A DNA stretch of 64,000 nt from Octopus vulgaris (lineage: Eukaryota), in the NCBI GenBank assembly GCA_951406725.2, contig OX597814.1:30752001-30816000 (forward strand), read 5' to 3'. Position numbers and translations under genes: made by a program. Below are positions 13,482-26,142 of the stretch, one piece after another. Positions within the stretch are counted from its first letter, which is position 1. The number at the start of each line of letters is the position of its first letter. The notes beneath the pieces were generated by a model. The model had not been told where the DNA came from. It worked only from the letters and a program-made list of their open reading frames with translations, and did no database searches.

Positions 13482-14348
13482 TATCGATAATAAAAGGGTA
13501 AAATCAATTAATTATTAATTAATTTCACCAGGTAGTGTTCAGTATGTAAAAGGACCATTCAAGGTATATTCAAAATATTACGTTATATAATTAGGGCTCA
13601 GTAAAATAATTTACTTTACCACATACTGAAACTTTTAGAAATAGCAGCCAAAAAGTTTTTTAGCCATTTCTACTACTATAAGAAAAGTCTCCCATATAGT
13701 GTTTACTCAAAAAATAATTCCCGTAGATATGGAGGGAAAAACAACAAAATATCACATGTACAAAGATCATTTGAGAACGTTAACGTTTCTAGATTAGTCG
13801 AATTAAAACTCGACATTTCTTTCGTCAGCTCAACATTTCTTAATTTGGATTTGAAAGCACTAAAAAATTGAAAATACCCGTCTGATATGAATCACCTCAG
13901 ACAAACCATCTCCAAACTGCCAGTGCCAACAAATTCAAAAAGTACGAGTGAAGATTCGTATTCTTCCTGCTTCCATTCACGTGAGTTATAGAGTAAACAG
14001 ATTATAACGGTGAGAACCGCAGTAAAGAACAGGGAGAAAAGAATTGTATTATCAATAATAAAAGGGTAAAATCAATTAATTATTAATTAATTTCACCAAG
14101 TAGTGTTCAGTATGTAAAAGGACCATTCAAGGTATATTCAAAATATTACGTTATATAATTAGGGCTCAGTAAAATAATTTACTTTACCACATAGTGAAAC
14201 TTTTAGAAATTTATTTTTGAGTAAACACTATCTGGGAGACTTTTCTCATAGTAGTAGAAATGGCTAAAAAAACTTTTTGGCTGCTATTTCTAAAAGTTTC
14301 AGTATGTGGTAAAGTAAATTATTTCACTGAGCCCTAATTATATAACGT
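13482..14348 (-). mobile_element. Penelope-like non-autonomous element with a partial tandem repeat and an inverted tail, inserted in (TA)n
   Basis: Direct repeat 13482-13642 matches 14050-14210. Segment 14211-14348 is the reverse complement of 13580-13717. An HHR motif lies at 13771-13833 (-). This direct plus inverted pseudo-LTR layout is characteristic of Penelope-like elements (PLEs). Confidence 0.75.
13771..13833 (-). ncRNA. Type I hammerhead ribozyme motif, slightly degenerate
   Basis: Minus strand: TTGAG-CTGACGA-[AAGA..GTCGAG/TTCGAC..TCTA]-GAAAC-GTTAAC-GTT-CTCAA. Stem I is TTGAG/CTCAA and stem III is palindromic. The 10.1-11.1 pair is an A/A mismatch. Confidence 0.65.
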
Positions 14349-14358
14349 TATATATATA

Positions 14359-14412
14359 TTGTCCTTGTTTGTCCCCTCTATGTTTAGCCCCTTGTGGGCA
14401 ATAAAGAAATAA
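14359..14412 (+). mobile_element. 5'-truncated SINE family B tail
   Basis: TTGTCCTTGTTTGTCCCCTCTATGTTTAGCCCCTTGTGGGCAATAAAGAAATAA. Confidence 0.8.
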
Positions 14413-14433
14413 GATATATATTATATGTATATA

Positions 14434-14647
14434 CAGGGTTGGCCAGAAGTCACCTGACAATAAATCAAAATTCCATAAATACTATCTGTAATTCTGTATT
14501 GAATCGAATGGAAAAATGTGTCGCTCAAGAAGGACTTCAGTTTGAACAATTTTCATATTTTATTAAATTCATTCAGTTGATAAACATAAATAAATCTTGG
14601 AATTAAATGGTTTTGGTTTACTGTCAGGTGACTAATGCCCAACACTG
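14434..14647 (+). mobile_element. Tc1/mariner-type MITE
   Basis: TIRs CAGGGTTGGCCAGAAGTCACCTGACAATAAATCAAAA / TTTTGGTTTACTGTCAGGTGACTAATGCCCAACACTG, with TA on the left. The interior encodes the transposase C-terminal-like remnant CNSVLNRMEKCVAQEGLQFEQF. Confidence 0.82.
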
Positions 14648-14957
14648 CATATCATGTTATAGGGCATCAATGAAAAGAAGATTGTTACTTCAAGATAGCA
14701 CATAAAATTTTGAAATAATTCTCGGACAATGCAAAAAGAAAAAAAACCTCGAGCGCCCGAAAGCAAGCTGGGCATGTAGAAAAATACATTCGACATTGCA
14801 CGCTGGATTAAAAATATTGCGAAGGTAACAACTAATTACAAATAAAAGCTTTTCGTGCAAGATATTTTCCTTCGGTAAGTAGATAACTATATATAAAGAG
14901 TAAAATAAAGATATATACACAAAAACATTACATACATACGTACACACACACACACAC

Positions 14958-15033
<76 letters not shown>

Positions 15034-15149
15034 TTAAAATAAATTATAAAGAAGTATAGGGTGTCTTAAATATTAGAGAGTTCAGGAATCTCAATCGATG
15101 GGTAAAATAAAATGAGTCCTCTTCTGTTATATAGAAAGAAAGTGTAAGA

Positions 15150-16420
15150 TTATAACACAGTGTATGAGGTTAAGTGTTTTTACATTTAATCGGAGGGTGG
15201 TGTGACCTTCCAGTAATTTAAAAGATATTTGTCATGGTGTTGGCGTAGGGTAAATATTTCTGAACTATTGTATACAATTGGAAAATTGTTGAGGCTCTCC
15301 AGAATTCAAATCTTCTCATCTGTACATAAAACGTATCTTTGTCACTTTTGTATACGGTTTGCTCTGCTCAAAGTTATACCGTCTTGTATTTTTGCTTTGA
15401 ATTGCATGCCTTTTAAATTACTAATATAGATGGATAATGTTTCCTTTTTGCTATAAAACTTCAAACGTAAAGCAAAAACAAATAACCACTGAAATAACAT
15501 TTTTTCAATCATACACCTTCCTTCAGTCATGTGTTACAACTTCCACCGACTATATACCTTTCAACGTTACAGCTTACAACTTTAGCGCTTCTCTAGTGTT
15601 CTTCTTGGTTTGTCTATTGATTGACCCTTCTTGAACACATTAAAACCTTTGCTCCACTCTATATTTGCTCATCAATTTTCATACTCCCTATATTATTTCT
15701 ATTTTCCTATTCAGTAATTTTATTTTCAAATTTTCTTACGCTATATAGTTTTCTGACAGCCCAAGAGAAATAACTCACTCGATATTATTTATATCTACTG
15801 ACTTGTTCTCCTTAAAACTTTAATAATCAACACACAACACTGAACATGTTTCCAGAGAGGTCATAGTTTTTTTTTTAAAGAAAGCGTATATAAATACACA
15901 CATACACACTCACAGAAGTTAGATTATATAAGAATTATAACCAAAAGCAAAGATAATCTAATGCTTGCTAAATCTTTTAAAATAATGCACTACGCTATCA
16001 ACCGTTTGCTTTACAAAAATGTGCCAACTACGCTAAACCAATAGATGATGTAAGTACACTTATAATGGGACATGTGCTATCGATTCTCATAATATTCATC
16101 TTGGAATCTGCTGCAATTATTTTGTCAGCAGTTGTTAATAAATCCTAGGGAATGTTACTTCCTTAAACTGGCACGATATCCAGATCAATATACATCTTTT
16201 ATCGACTTCAATAGTATCGCATTTTGAGGTCCTACAAAGCGTAGAATAATAAAAACAAAATTAAAATAAATACGTCGAGAGAGTTGTAATAATTAGGTTA
16301 CAGTATATAAACTGTAGCTGAGGATGATTATCTATATCATCTCTTACTTTCTAGTCGACGATGTAATATATACTAGTAATATAATGTGTCATTTACCATT
16401 TTATATAGGGCTATAGTTCT
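15150..16420 (-). mobile_element. Highly decayed non-LTR retrotransposon remnant, possibly R4/Dong-like
   Basis: Only weak minus-strand remnants (QEGSIN.. near 15630, ..YIVGGSC near 15545, PIISVLTSSIG near 16060). Confidence 0.3.
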
Positions 16421-16444
16421 ACCAAGTCAAGAAAAATTAGCGTA

Positions 16445-16704
16445 TTTTTTTTTTTTTAAACTTGTTTCAGTCATTTGACTGCGGCCATGCTGGAGTACCG
16501 CCTTTAGTCGAGCAAATCGACCCCGGGACTTATTCTTTGTAAACCCAGTACTTATTCTATCGGTGTCTTTTGCCGAACCGCTAAGTGACGGGGACGTAAA
16601 CACACCAGCATCAGTTGTCAAGCAATGCTAGGGGGACAAACACAGACACACAAACACACACATACACACACATATATATATATACATATATACGACAGGC
16701 TTCT
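16445..16704 (-). mobile_element. SINE family A, 3' half
   Basis: CTTGTTTCAGTCATTTGACTGCGGCCATGCTGGAG...GGGGACAAACACAGACAC...TACGACAGGCTTCT. Confidence 0.88.
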
Positions 16705-17536
16705 ATACGACGGAAAAATTTGAAACAACCTGGAATATGTTCGCGGGTACTCTGTTGAGACGCATGTATACACACATATCTATGCGTGTATGCTTGTATT
16801 CACTTGTTTCCATGGAGACTTACAGTACAGATATTTAGTATGCAAACTTACTGCATTAGAAGCATATAGCTTATAGAATGCATAAAATGTTACTCATGTA
16901 CAGTACTATTGTTTTTACTTTACAGAATATAGTTATTATATAATCTTTTGAGTGTGAACACGTGTCTAAATACGTATATATATATATGTATAGACAGATA
17001 TACATGTCGCTACATATGCGAATATATTTGTATGTGTCAATGAGTGTGTATATATATGTGTGTATGTGCGACTGTGTCAATATACTATGTCCATTTATAT
17101 GTTCACATTAATAAATGTACTCATATATTCACTTCTTACATGCATATTTATTGCATCAAATATAAACTTACATGTGTATATCTGCATATATAATATGCAG
17201 CTAGTTCCATCTATATAGGGCTGGCGCTTGCTTACTCTGTTGGCGGCTTAAACAGTTTGTTTACTGCGCAGCATGAAATTCTTTTCTGTGTATGTGTGAT
17301 ACATGCTATATCTCTGGGCGATTTTAGAGCGTCTAATAAAAAATTCTTCGCCTTCACCAGCATATTGCCACTACCTATGGAAATTGTGCGCACGCTTGTG
17401 AAGACGGCTCCCCTCTGTGCATGAACCGCCTTTGAAGTTGAATTGAAATTCTGTTGGGCAAAACAAACAAAAAATTAAATAAATAAATAAATATATACAT
17501 ATGAAGTATAAAGAAAACCATAAAATAGAATGAAAG

Positions 17537-17587
<51 letters not shown>

Positions 17588-17964
17588 CATACATACATAC
17601 ATATATACGCAAAATAAAACTCAAGTGCCAATCAAGCAGTGCAAGGTAGGTGTGCCCGAGGTGTGCAGAAAAGCCAGGCCATATAGCCATTCATGTTAGA
17701 GGAAACTGTGCTGCCATTGCGCACAATAAAACAAGCCTGGTCTTTTATAGCAATAGCACTCGTTTACACTATGTCTTTCTTTGTTTTTCAGTTTCTCCTA
17801 TTTTTCCCAGCTACTTTTCTCTTATTGTCATTATCATCGTAGTCGTCGTCGTCGTTGTCATCAAAGTACCCCCTTCACTATTATTGTTTTACTATTGTTG
17901 TTTCCTTGCGGTTGTTGTTATTATTGTCACCAGAGTTTTGCTTTGTTCTACAATTCTATTATAT

Positions 17965-18087
<123 letters not shown>

Positions 18088-18394
18088 TGTATGTATGTAT
18101 ATGTATATATAAACTTTTAGTTCCCTTTTATTCTCCCTGCTTCTTACTGCTATAATAAATCTATATGTTTTCTTGCCTTCTATCATGTGCGGTTTTCTCT
18201 TAAGTAAAGTAGTATAAAAAGATAGGATCATACATGATCTTAAAGAAATTACATAGGTGCACTATGTTTCATTCAGAAGTGCTAAAATGAATGCGCTGCG
18301 AAGAACACATCCGGTAAAAGCAACTTCAGTTTGAAATTCGTTTTCATTTTGGTGTTATTTAAAAAAAAAAAAGAGTTTTGTATATATGTATGTA

Positions 18395-18483
<89 letters not shown>

Positions 18484-18747
18484 ATGTGTACATACATTTG
18501 TATATGTATATGTGTATATATATTTGTAAAAATACGCACGTTTGTGAATGCTTGTTTATTCGCGCATATTCGCATACGCTGTATCATAATAGAGATCTAC
18601 ATACATATATGCATACATACACACACATACGTATGTATATAAAAACGGATATGTGTGTGCATGTATGTAGGTATGAGAATACACACATACGCATATACAT
18701 ACATATATGTATACATATATATATATATATGTATTTATATATGTATA

Positions 18748-18805
<58 letters not shown>

Positions 18806-20089
18806 CGTATACGTACCTGCCTGCATGCATACACATACATCCAAAGTACATGCATACATACATACATACATTGCTAAAGGCTCTAATTTTGCTGCGATCT
18901 TAAAATGTAATATGTGAAAAGCCTCTAATTTTTTCCCTTCAAACTTTTTGACACCTAATTTGATGTCTTTGAGGTTCCCATGACGAGGAAACGCTATTTC
19001 CTTACAACGCTCGCGGCCATTTTCTAACTTTCATTAAATTTCTCTTTCTTCTGCTTTTCCTTCTTCTTTATTACTTCTTTTTATTTCACCTCTTCTAGTC
19101 ACAGGTTTGTTTTTATTTGTATTATTTTATATATATGTTTTTAATTTTCTTTTCACTTTTGTTTCATTTATATTCTTTATTTTGTGTTTTGTCTCAGCGG
19201 AATTTTATTTTAACACAGTAACTAGTTGCTTGTAAATTATTTCCTTTTCTATATAATTCACCGATCTTTAAAAAAATAGCAACAAATTAAAAAAAAAAAT
19301 AACATACAAAGCATAAAAAACAAACAAACAAAACAAAATGGAGTAAAACCATTAAAACGCGCACAACCAAATAAAACTATTAAAATGTATAAAACGAATG
19401 GGAAAATAAAACAACAAAACAACAACTGAAATAAAGAAAACAAAACCAACAAACACAATCGTTTGAAATAACAAGACGAAAAAGGTGAGATAATTAGAGA
19501 AAACGGAGAAAGCGTTCAGGGAGATGAAGAAAATAGCTGGAAGATAAAGTGGATGAGAAAAGCAGAGTATAAATTGAATGGGATGGAAAATGGGAAGTAG
19601 AAATTTTCTTCTGGTCTCAGTATCAACTGTCAATAAGAAACTGTACTATTAGACGATAGCATATGTGAGGGGGGGGGGGGAGAGGAGAACAAAAACAACC
19701 GAAAGAAGTATCTAATAAGGCGTATTTCCTAATTTTTCTTTCTGTTATTGTGTTAGAAGATTCGGGTGTTTAGAATAATTTGAATTAGTTAGGGAGCTGT
19801 AGAAGCAGTAAAAGACAGACAGTCGAATGATGGATTAAAGGCACTCCTTGCAGTATCAATTTATGTTATCACCGATACATTCCGAGTTCAAATCCCGTCG
19901 AGGCAAAGTTTAGTTTTAATCATTATGGGTAAATGCAATAAGTAGCAGTTAATTACTAGGATTCGAGTCATTCAACTACCTCCCTTCAAATATTTGTAGC
20001 CTTGTGACAAAATTAGAATTCAGTAATTTTTATTGACAGTATGAGATTTTGCTTTTATTGTTTTGCTTTTGAGAAAAGAGACCCTTAGA

Positions 20090-21560
20090 GACCGGTGAGA
20101 TTGACGCCATTAACGTTTCGTCTAAACTATTTTCGGGAAGTGACTGGAGGAAAAACACACGAAGGGAGAGAATTCATAATAACTGACAATGTGGGGAGAA
20201 AAAAATGGTGTAGTAGTTAAAGCAAGGCTTGAAGTCGAGTTGAAAACAATGCGTGATGAAAGCAGTGTGAATAAATGAGTCGAGAGTTGTTGAATAGAAG
20301 TGAAGCAAGACCGGAAATCTGAGGGACAAGGAGCTACTGTAGCATCCGTGCAAATCGCAAAATAAGGAGACAGTATATCTGTGAACTAGTTGTTGAGTGT
20401 TTTTTTTTTTGCTAGAAATGCTAATCACCGAGCGACCTTTCTTTGGAAGGTACTAGATGTCTGTGTGTCTGCAGCACAGTCACATCTGTGCAGTACTTCA
20501 AAATGCAAATTCCTTGAGCTTTGTAGAGAGTTTGTTGTTGTTGAAGGCAGAAATATAAAGTGGCTCTGGAAAGTAAAGTCAGAATTTGTTATATTGTTTT
20601 GCTATGTTGAGCAGTTTGTTTGCCAGAAGCAATATTCAGTGATAATGGGGCTCATCATGAAAAACGGTGATAAAGACTCGAGCTGAGGTACAATAACATT
20701 TGCTTTCGAAGACATGACTGGTCTAACACTACGGGAGTATCTTTTCAAGGTTTCTGTTTATGTGGTCAGTGCAGGTTTGGGGTAAGGTATCTCAGCTGGA
20801 CGGGAAAGTTAGGATAGTATCAACTGTATAGAGTCATTGTTGGAGATGATAAGCAGGTCCTTCATATGTAGGAGAGTATGGGGGACAAAACCGAATCTCG
20901 AGACACACCAGTGTTGATAAGTGGGGACAAGAGACAGTAAAAGAGAGAGAAAGAGAGAGAGAGAGAGGGAGAAGGAGAGAGAGAGTGGGATAGGGAGAGA
21001 GAGAACTCCTTGACAAAGAGCTATGAATTTAAGAGACGAGACACAAGACGGATTGTATAGGGGATTCGCGTATTAGATTTGGCCAAAAGCTTAGTTGATG
21101 TAAAGAGCAGCAATACTGCTTTCATCAAATTTCTCTGCGAAGTGAAACTATTATTGGGTGACATATGAGAGTAAGCCTCCATTAGATCTGGCTTTACTGA
21201 CGCTAACAGTGATGGTCTTTAAGGAAGTATAGATATTCCAGGTGCTAAAGAAGACTTTGTTAACGACTGTATCCCTTTTAAGAAATGGTAAGTACAATAG
21301 GCTGATAGTTATCTGCCTCAAAAGGATTGTCAATCTTGTGAAAGGTGCGCAAGATTGTAGCGTGTTTCCAAAGATTGCGAATTTAGATCATAATTACAAT
21401 GGAATCACATAGGTTTCTTTAAAACCTATTCTCCTCTATAAATAACCGATTTCTTTAGATACTTGTTCAACAAATTCTGCTTCAAGAGAAATGATTTTAA
21501 TATTTCTGTTCTCTATGATTTCTCCTGTGTTCTGTCTCCGAGCAGTTGAAAATATATTAA
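20090..21560 (-). mobile_element. Degenerate CR1/L2-group LINE RT fragment, interrupted by (GA)n at ~20930-21005
   Basis: Minus-strand remnants WKHATI..DNYQPIVL (~21370-21290), KARSNGGLLSYVTQ (cf. FRKARSTGDLLAY), ESSIAALYIN.AFGQI (cf. ALDISKAFDRV), VLSPIL (cf. QGSVLSP). Confidence 0.65.
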
Positions 21561-21843
21561 TTTCGTTCTGAAGATGCTTAATGATAATTTATGAAAGTAT
21601 TGAAATCGAATAAACACACACACACACGCCCACACGCGCGCACACCCACACACTCACACACGTGCACACACACACACACGCGCGCGCACACTCACACCCA
21701 CACACGTGCACATATACACATACACAACCACACTTCCTCTACACAAACATTACCACTCACACTCACACATTTATATATATATAATATACTAGTAGTATAT
21801 GTAAATATTCCTACCCCTGCCATACAGTTACATTTATGTATGA

Positions 21844-21877
<34 letters not shown>

Positions 21878-21946
21878 ATTTGTGCGTGTGTATGTATGTA
21901 TGTATATATATATATTACGGAAACGCTCATATTTATTATATTTAAG

Positions 21947-21981
<35 letters not shown>

Positions 21982-22055
21982 GTGTGTGTGTGCGTGCCTG
22001 TGTGTGTGTGTATCTATATATGCTTATATATTACGGAAACGCTCATATCTATTAC

Positions 22056-22114
<59 letters not shown>

Positions 22115-22159
22115 CACAAACACACACTCACACACAAACACACACACACGACACAGAAA

Positions 22160-22240
<81 letters not shown>

Positions 22241-22566
22241 CTGTTATTATTAGAAATAACGATTATAACATAGTGGAAGAATGGCAAACTGTAAACATGA
22301 CAAGAATTCAATCATTCATTTCTTACTGAAGTAAGTGGCTTCCAGCATTGCAAGTAGTTTCTATATGTAGAACATTTAAAAGTTTCACTGTCTTTATCAG
22401 TATAAATTTGCATAAATTAATTATTGTGTTAATACCCGCAAATATATGATGAACATATAGGGTGACTCGAGCGACAAATTTTCTATGTTCATTGCATTTT
22501 ATTTCAACTAGTTCTTATATGAAATGAATATTAACGGATTAAGCAGATACAAATATGCTTTTATAA

Positions 22567-22731
22567 GCGTAGTTGTGGCTGTGTGGTAAGTAGCTTGCTT
22601 ACGAACCACATGGTTCCGGGTTCAGTCCCACTGCGTGGCACCTTGGGCAAGTGTCTTCTACTATAGCCTCGGGCCAACCAAAGCCTTGTGAGAGGATTTG
22701 GTAGATGGAAACTGAAAGAAGCCCGTCGTAA

Positions 22732-22787
<56 letters not shown>

Positions 22788-22987
22788 ATGTTTGTGTGTC
22801 TGTGTTTGTCCCCCAACATCGCTTGAAAACCGATGCTGGTGTGTTTACTTCCCCGTAACTTGGCGGTTCGGCAAAAGTGGGTGATAGAATAAGTACTAGG
22901 CTTACAAATTGCTCGGGTCGATTTGCTCGACTAAAGGCAGTGCTCCAGCGAGGCCGCAGTCACATGACTGAAACAAGTAAAAGAGTA
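22567..22987 (+). mobile_element. SINE family A, full length
   Basis: GTGGCTGTGTGGTAAGTAGCTTGCTTACG...GGTTCAGTCCCACTGCGTGGC...GACTGAAACAAGTAAAAGAGTA. Confidence 0.92.
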
Positions 22988-23167
22988 TACATATGTACGT
23001 ACATATACACAGAGGTGTGCGTGCGCGTCACACACAAATATATTTGTGAAGACGGACGCTGAAAAATAATATAAGGAAACATGAATGTTAGACAAAATAA
23101 CTGAGTTTGGTGTTACAAATAATTTGAAGAAAAATAAATAGACAACAAATCAAAGTAAAAGGATATG

Positions 23168-23402
23168 TATTTCTTTATTGCCCACAAGGGGCTAAACATA
23201 GAGAGGACAAACAAGGACAGACAAAGGGATTAAGTTGATTACATCGACCCCAGTGCGAAACTGGTACTTTTATTTATCGACCCCGAAAGGATGAAAGGCA
23301 AAGTCGACCTCGGCGGAATTTGAACTCAGAACGTAACGACATACGAAATACCGCTAAGCATTCCGCCCGGCGCGCTAACGTGTCTGCCAGCTCGCCGCCT
23401 TT
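23168..23402 (-). mobile_element. SINE family B monomer with 13-bp TSD
   Basis: TSD GTAAAAGGATATG at 23155-23167 and 23403-23415. Confidence 0.95.
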
Positions 23403-23585
23403 GTAAAAGGATATGGGCAAGAGCTAACATTAATACAACTCTCCCTTCAGCAGCTACTGACTGAAGATCAAAATAATTTCGTATCTGAACAAAAGGATCG
23501 CTCATTTCATTGATTTAGTAGATTTATTAGTATACATGCTACTAAACAAATGTGTTGTTTGTTCGAACAGGACGATACAATGTAT

Positions 23586-23994
23586 GGCAGTGAGCTGGCA
23601 GAAACGTTAGCACGCCGGGCGAAATGCGTAACTGTATTTCGCCTGCCGTTACGTTCTGAGTTGAAATTCCGCCGAGGGCGACTTTGCCTTTCATCCTTTC
23701 GGAGTCGATAAATTAAGTACCACTTACACACTGGGGTCGATATAATCGACTTAATCTGTTTGTCTGTCCTTGTTTGTCCTCTCTGTGTTTAGCCCCTTGT
23801 GGGTAGTAAAAGATAGGTATTTCGTCTGCCGTAACGTTCAAATTCCGCGATGGTCGACTTTGTTTTTCATCCTTTTGGGGGTCGATTAAATATGTACCAG
23901 TTACGCACTGGAGTCGATGTAATCGACTTAATCCCTTTGTTTGTCCTTGTTTGTCCCCTCTATGTTTAGCCCCCGGTGGGCAATAAAGAAATAA
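23586..23994 (+). mobile_element. SINE family B dimer
   Basis: Head GGCAGTGAGCTGGCAGAAACG, two core units, AATAAAGAAATA end. ATACAATG occurs on both flanks. Confidence 0.92.
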
Positions 23995-24151
23995 ATACAA
24001 TGAGTAGAACACACGAGACAACAAACATATAAAAATATGGAACATTACGAAAACTTAGGTATGATATATTTAAGTTTGTTGGCTTAACAAAACAGTATAC
24101 AGAAAAAAAAAATCAGTTCTGTAGCTAAGATAAAATGAACACGGAAGATAC

Positions 24152-24430
24152 CGACACTCCGTCGGTTACGACAACAAGGTTTCAAGTTGATATGATCAAC
24201 GGAGCAGTCTGCTCGGGAAATTATCGTGCAATTGGCTGCACACTCCACGAGCACGCTGACCCTTAACGTAGTTCTCAGGAAAATTCAGCTTGATACAGAA
24301 TATACCACTCACTTTTGCCAGTTAAGTGGACTGGAGCAACGTATAATAAAATGGCTTACAGGAGGAAACAACTCACGATCTTACGACCGTGAACCGGATA
24401 CCTCTAACCACTAAGCCACGCTCCTTCACA
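24152..24430 (-). mobile_element. SINE group C (head-2 plus tail-X), internally deleted
   Basis: Head GAAGGAGCGTGGCTTAGTGGTTAG..TTGCTCCAGTCCAC and tail ..GTAACCGACGGAGTG, as in 48151-48479. Confidence 0.75.
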
Positions 24431-24469
24431 TGAAAGAAAGAGGCAAGAATAATTACACAGCGAGTCAAA

Positions 24470-24871
24470 TCTTTATATATAAAAGTGAAGTTGTGTGTCT
24501 GTCTCCTACGATTTAGATTCCTAACTACTCCCACATTTTGCGGTGCAGTGTAACCAAAAGCGGGTATCTTATAGTCGTGATTCATATCGAGCCCTTCTGG
24601 GTATTAGCGCGCGTCTACGATGAGTCTACGATTAAAAAAAAAATTACCATAATTTTTCCGTATTTTTAATGCATTTTCGCTCGGTTTATATAATGGAAGT
24701 AACTCTCTAAATATGTATTATTAAATCTCAGAACGTAAAAAGCTACAGTAACCCCCCCCCCCCCACTTTGTGGTTAGCCATATTGAGATGGCTATTATAA
24801 TTTACATCTCTAAAAATGCTTATATAGTTATTTCCCTTACAAACCCGAGCAACGCCGGGCGATACTGCTAG
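24470..24871 (+). mobile_element. Non-autonomous Helitron, complete
   Basis: Starts A|TCTTTATATATAAAAG and ends CCCGAGCAACGCCGGG (hairpin)..CTGCTAG|T. Inserted between A and T with no TSD. A second copy starts at 58273. Confidence 0.88.
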
Positions 24872-25089
24872 TGGAGTATAAGACAACTTATAGACCGGGG
24901 ACAATAGTGCCTATGGATAAATGAAGAGTAGGGTGGTGTGGCGTCCTGCGTCGACGAAGCATTTTGATTACATGGTCAAAGCGTAGATTATCTTACGTTT
25001 ATATATGAGCGGAGGATAAACAGTTATCTCCATCTTTAGTAATTGACATAGATTATGGATATTTTCTATATTTTTTTTTTACCTTTAAT

Positions 25090-25470
25090 CCTTTACTTTT
25101 TACTTCTCTCAGTCATTAGACTTCGATCATGCTGTGGCACCGCCTTGAAGAATGTTTAGCTGAATGAATCTACCCCAGTACTTATTTTATTCTTCTAAGT
25201 CTGGCACTTATTCTGTCGGTCTGTTTTACCGAACTTCTAAGAAACAGGGACGTAAACACACCAATACCGATAGTGAAGCAATCGTGAAACAAACACACAA
25301 AAACACATACAACGGACTTCTTTTAGTTTTCGTCAACCAAATCCACTCACAACGATTTGGTCGGTCCAAGGCTACAATAAAACACACTTGCCCAATGTGT
25401 TGTACAATGAGATTGAACCACAATCCATGTGGTTGGGAAGCAAACTTTTTACCATACAGCCACGACTGTA
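25090..25470 (-). mobile_element. Old SINE family A
   Basis: Diverged reverse complement of the complete family A body. Confidence 0.75.
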
Positions 25471-25562
25471 CACATGTATATAAATACACATATTCATAAA
25501 AGTATATAATTACTTATGAATATAAATATAGATATTCATACACATTCATATATCTGTATGCA

Positions 25563-25657
<95 letters not shown>

Positions 25658-25682
25658 TCTGTCTGTCTATCTATCTATTTAT

Positions 25683-25789
25683 CTTGCTTACGAACAACAT
25701 GGTTTCGGATTCAGTTCCACTGCGTGGCAGCTTGGGCAAGTGTCTTCTACTATAGCCTTGGGCCGACCAAAGCCTTGAGAGTGGATTAG

Positions 25790-25880
<91 letters not shown>

Positions 25881-26050
25881 TGTGTCTATTTGTGCCCCCA
25901 GCATCGCTTGACAACCGATGCGGTTCGGCAAAACAGACCGACAGAATAAGTACTAGGCTTACAAAGAATAAATCATGGGGTCGATTTGTTCGACTAATGG
26001 TGGTGCTCTAGCTTGGCTGCAGTCAAATGACAGAAACAAATAAAAGAATA
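25683..26050 (+). mobile_element. SINE family A with expanded internal (TG)n, within (TATC)n
   Basis: CTTGCTTACGAACAACATGG...GGGCAAGTGTCTTCTACTATAGCC...GCAGTCAAATGACAGAAAC. Confidence 0.85.
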
Positions 26051-26052
26051 AA

Positions 26053-26142
<90 letters not shown>

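Noticed and set aside
21905-22060. Duplicated ATTACGGAAACGCTCATA motif
   Set aside because: It is a local ~116-bp slippage duplication within microsatellites, with only two copies. It is not an array or CRISPR.
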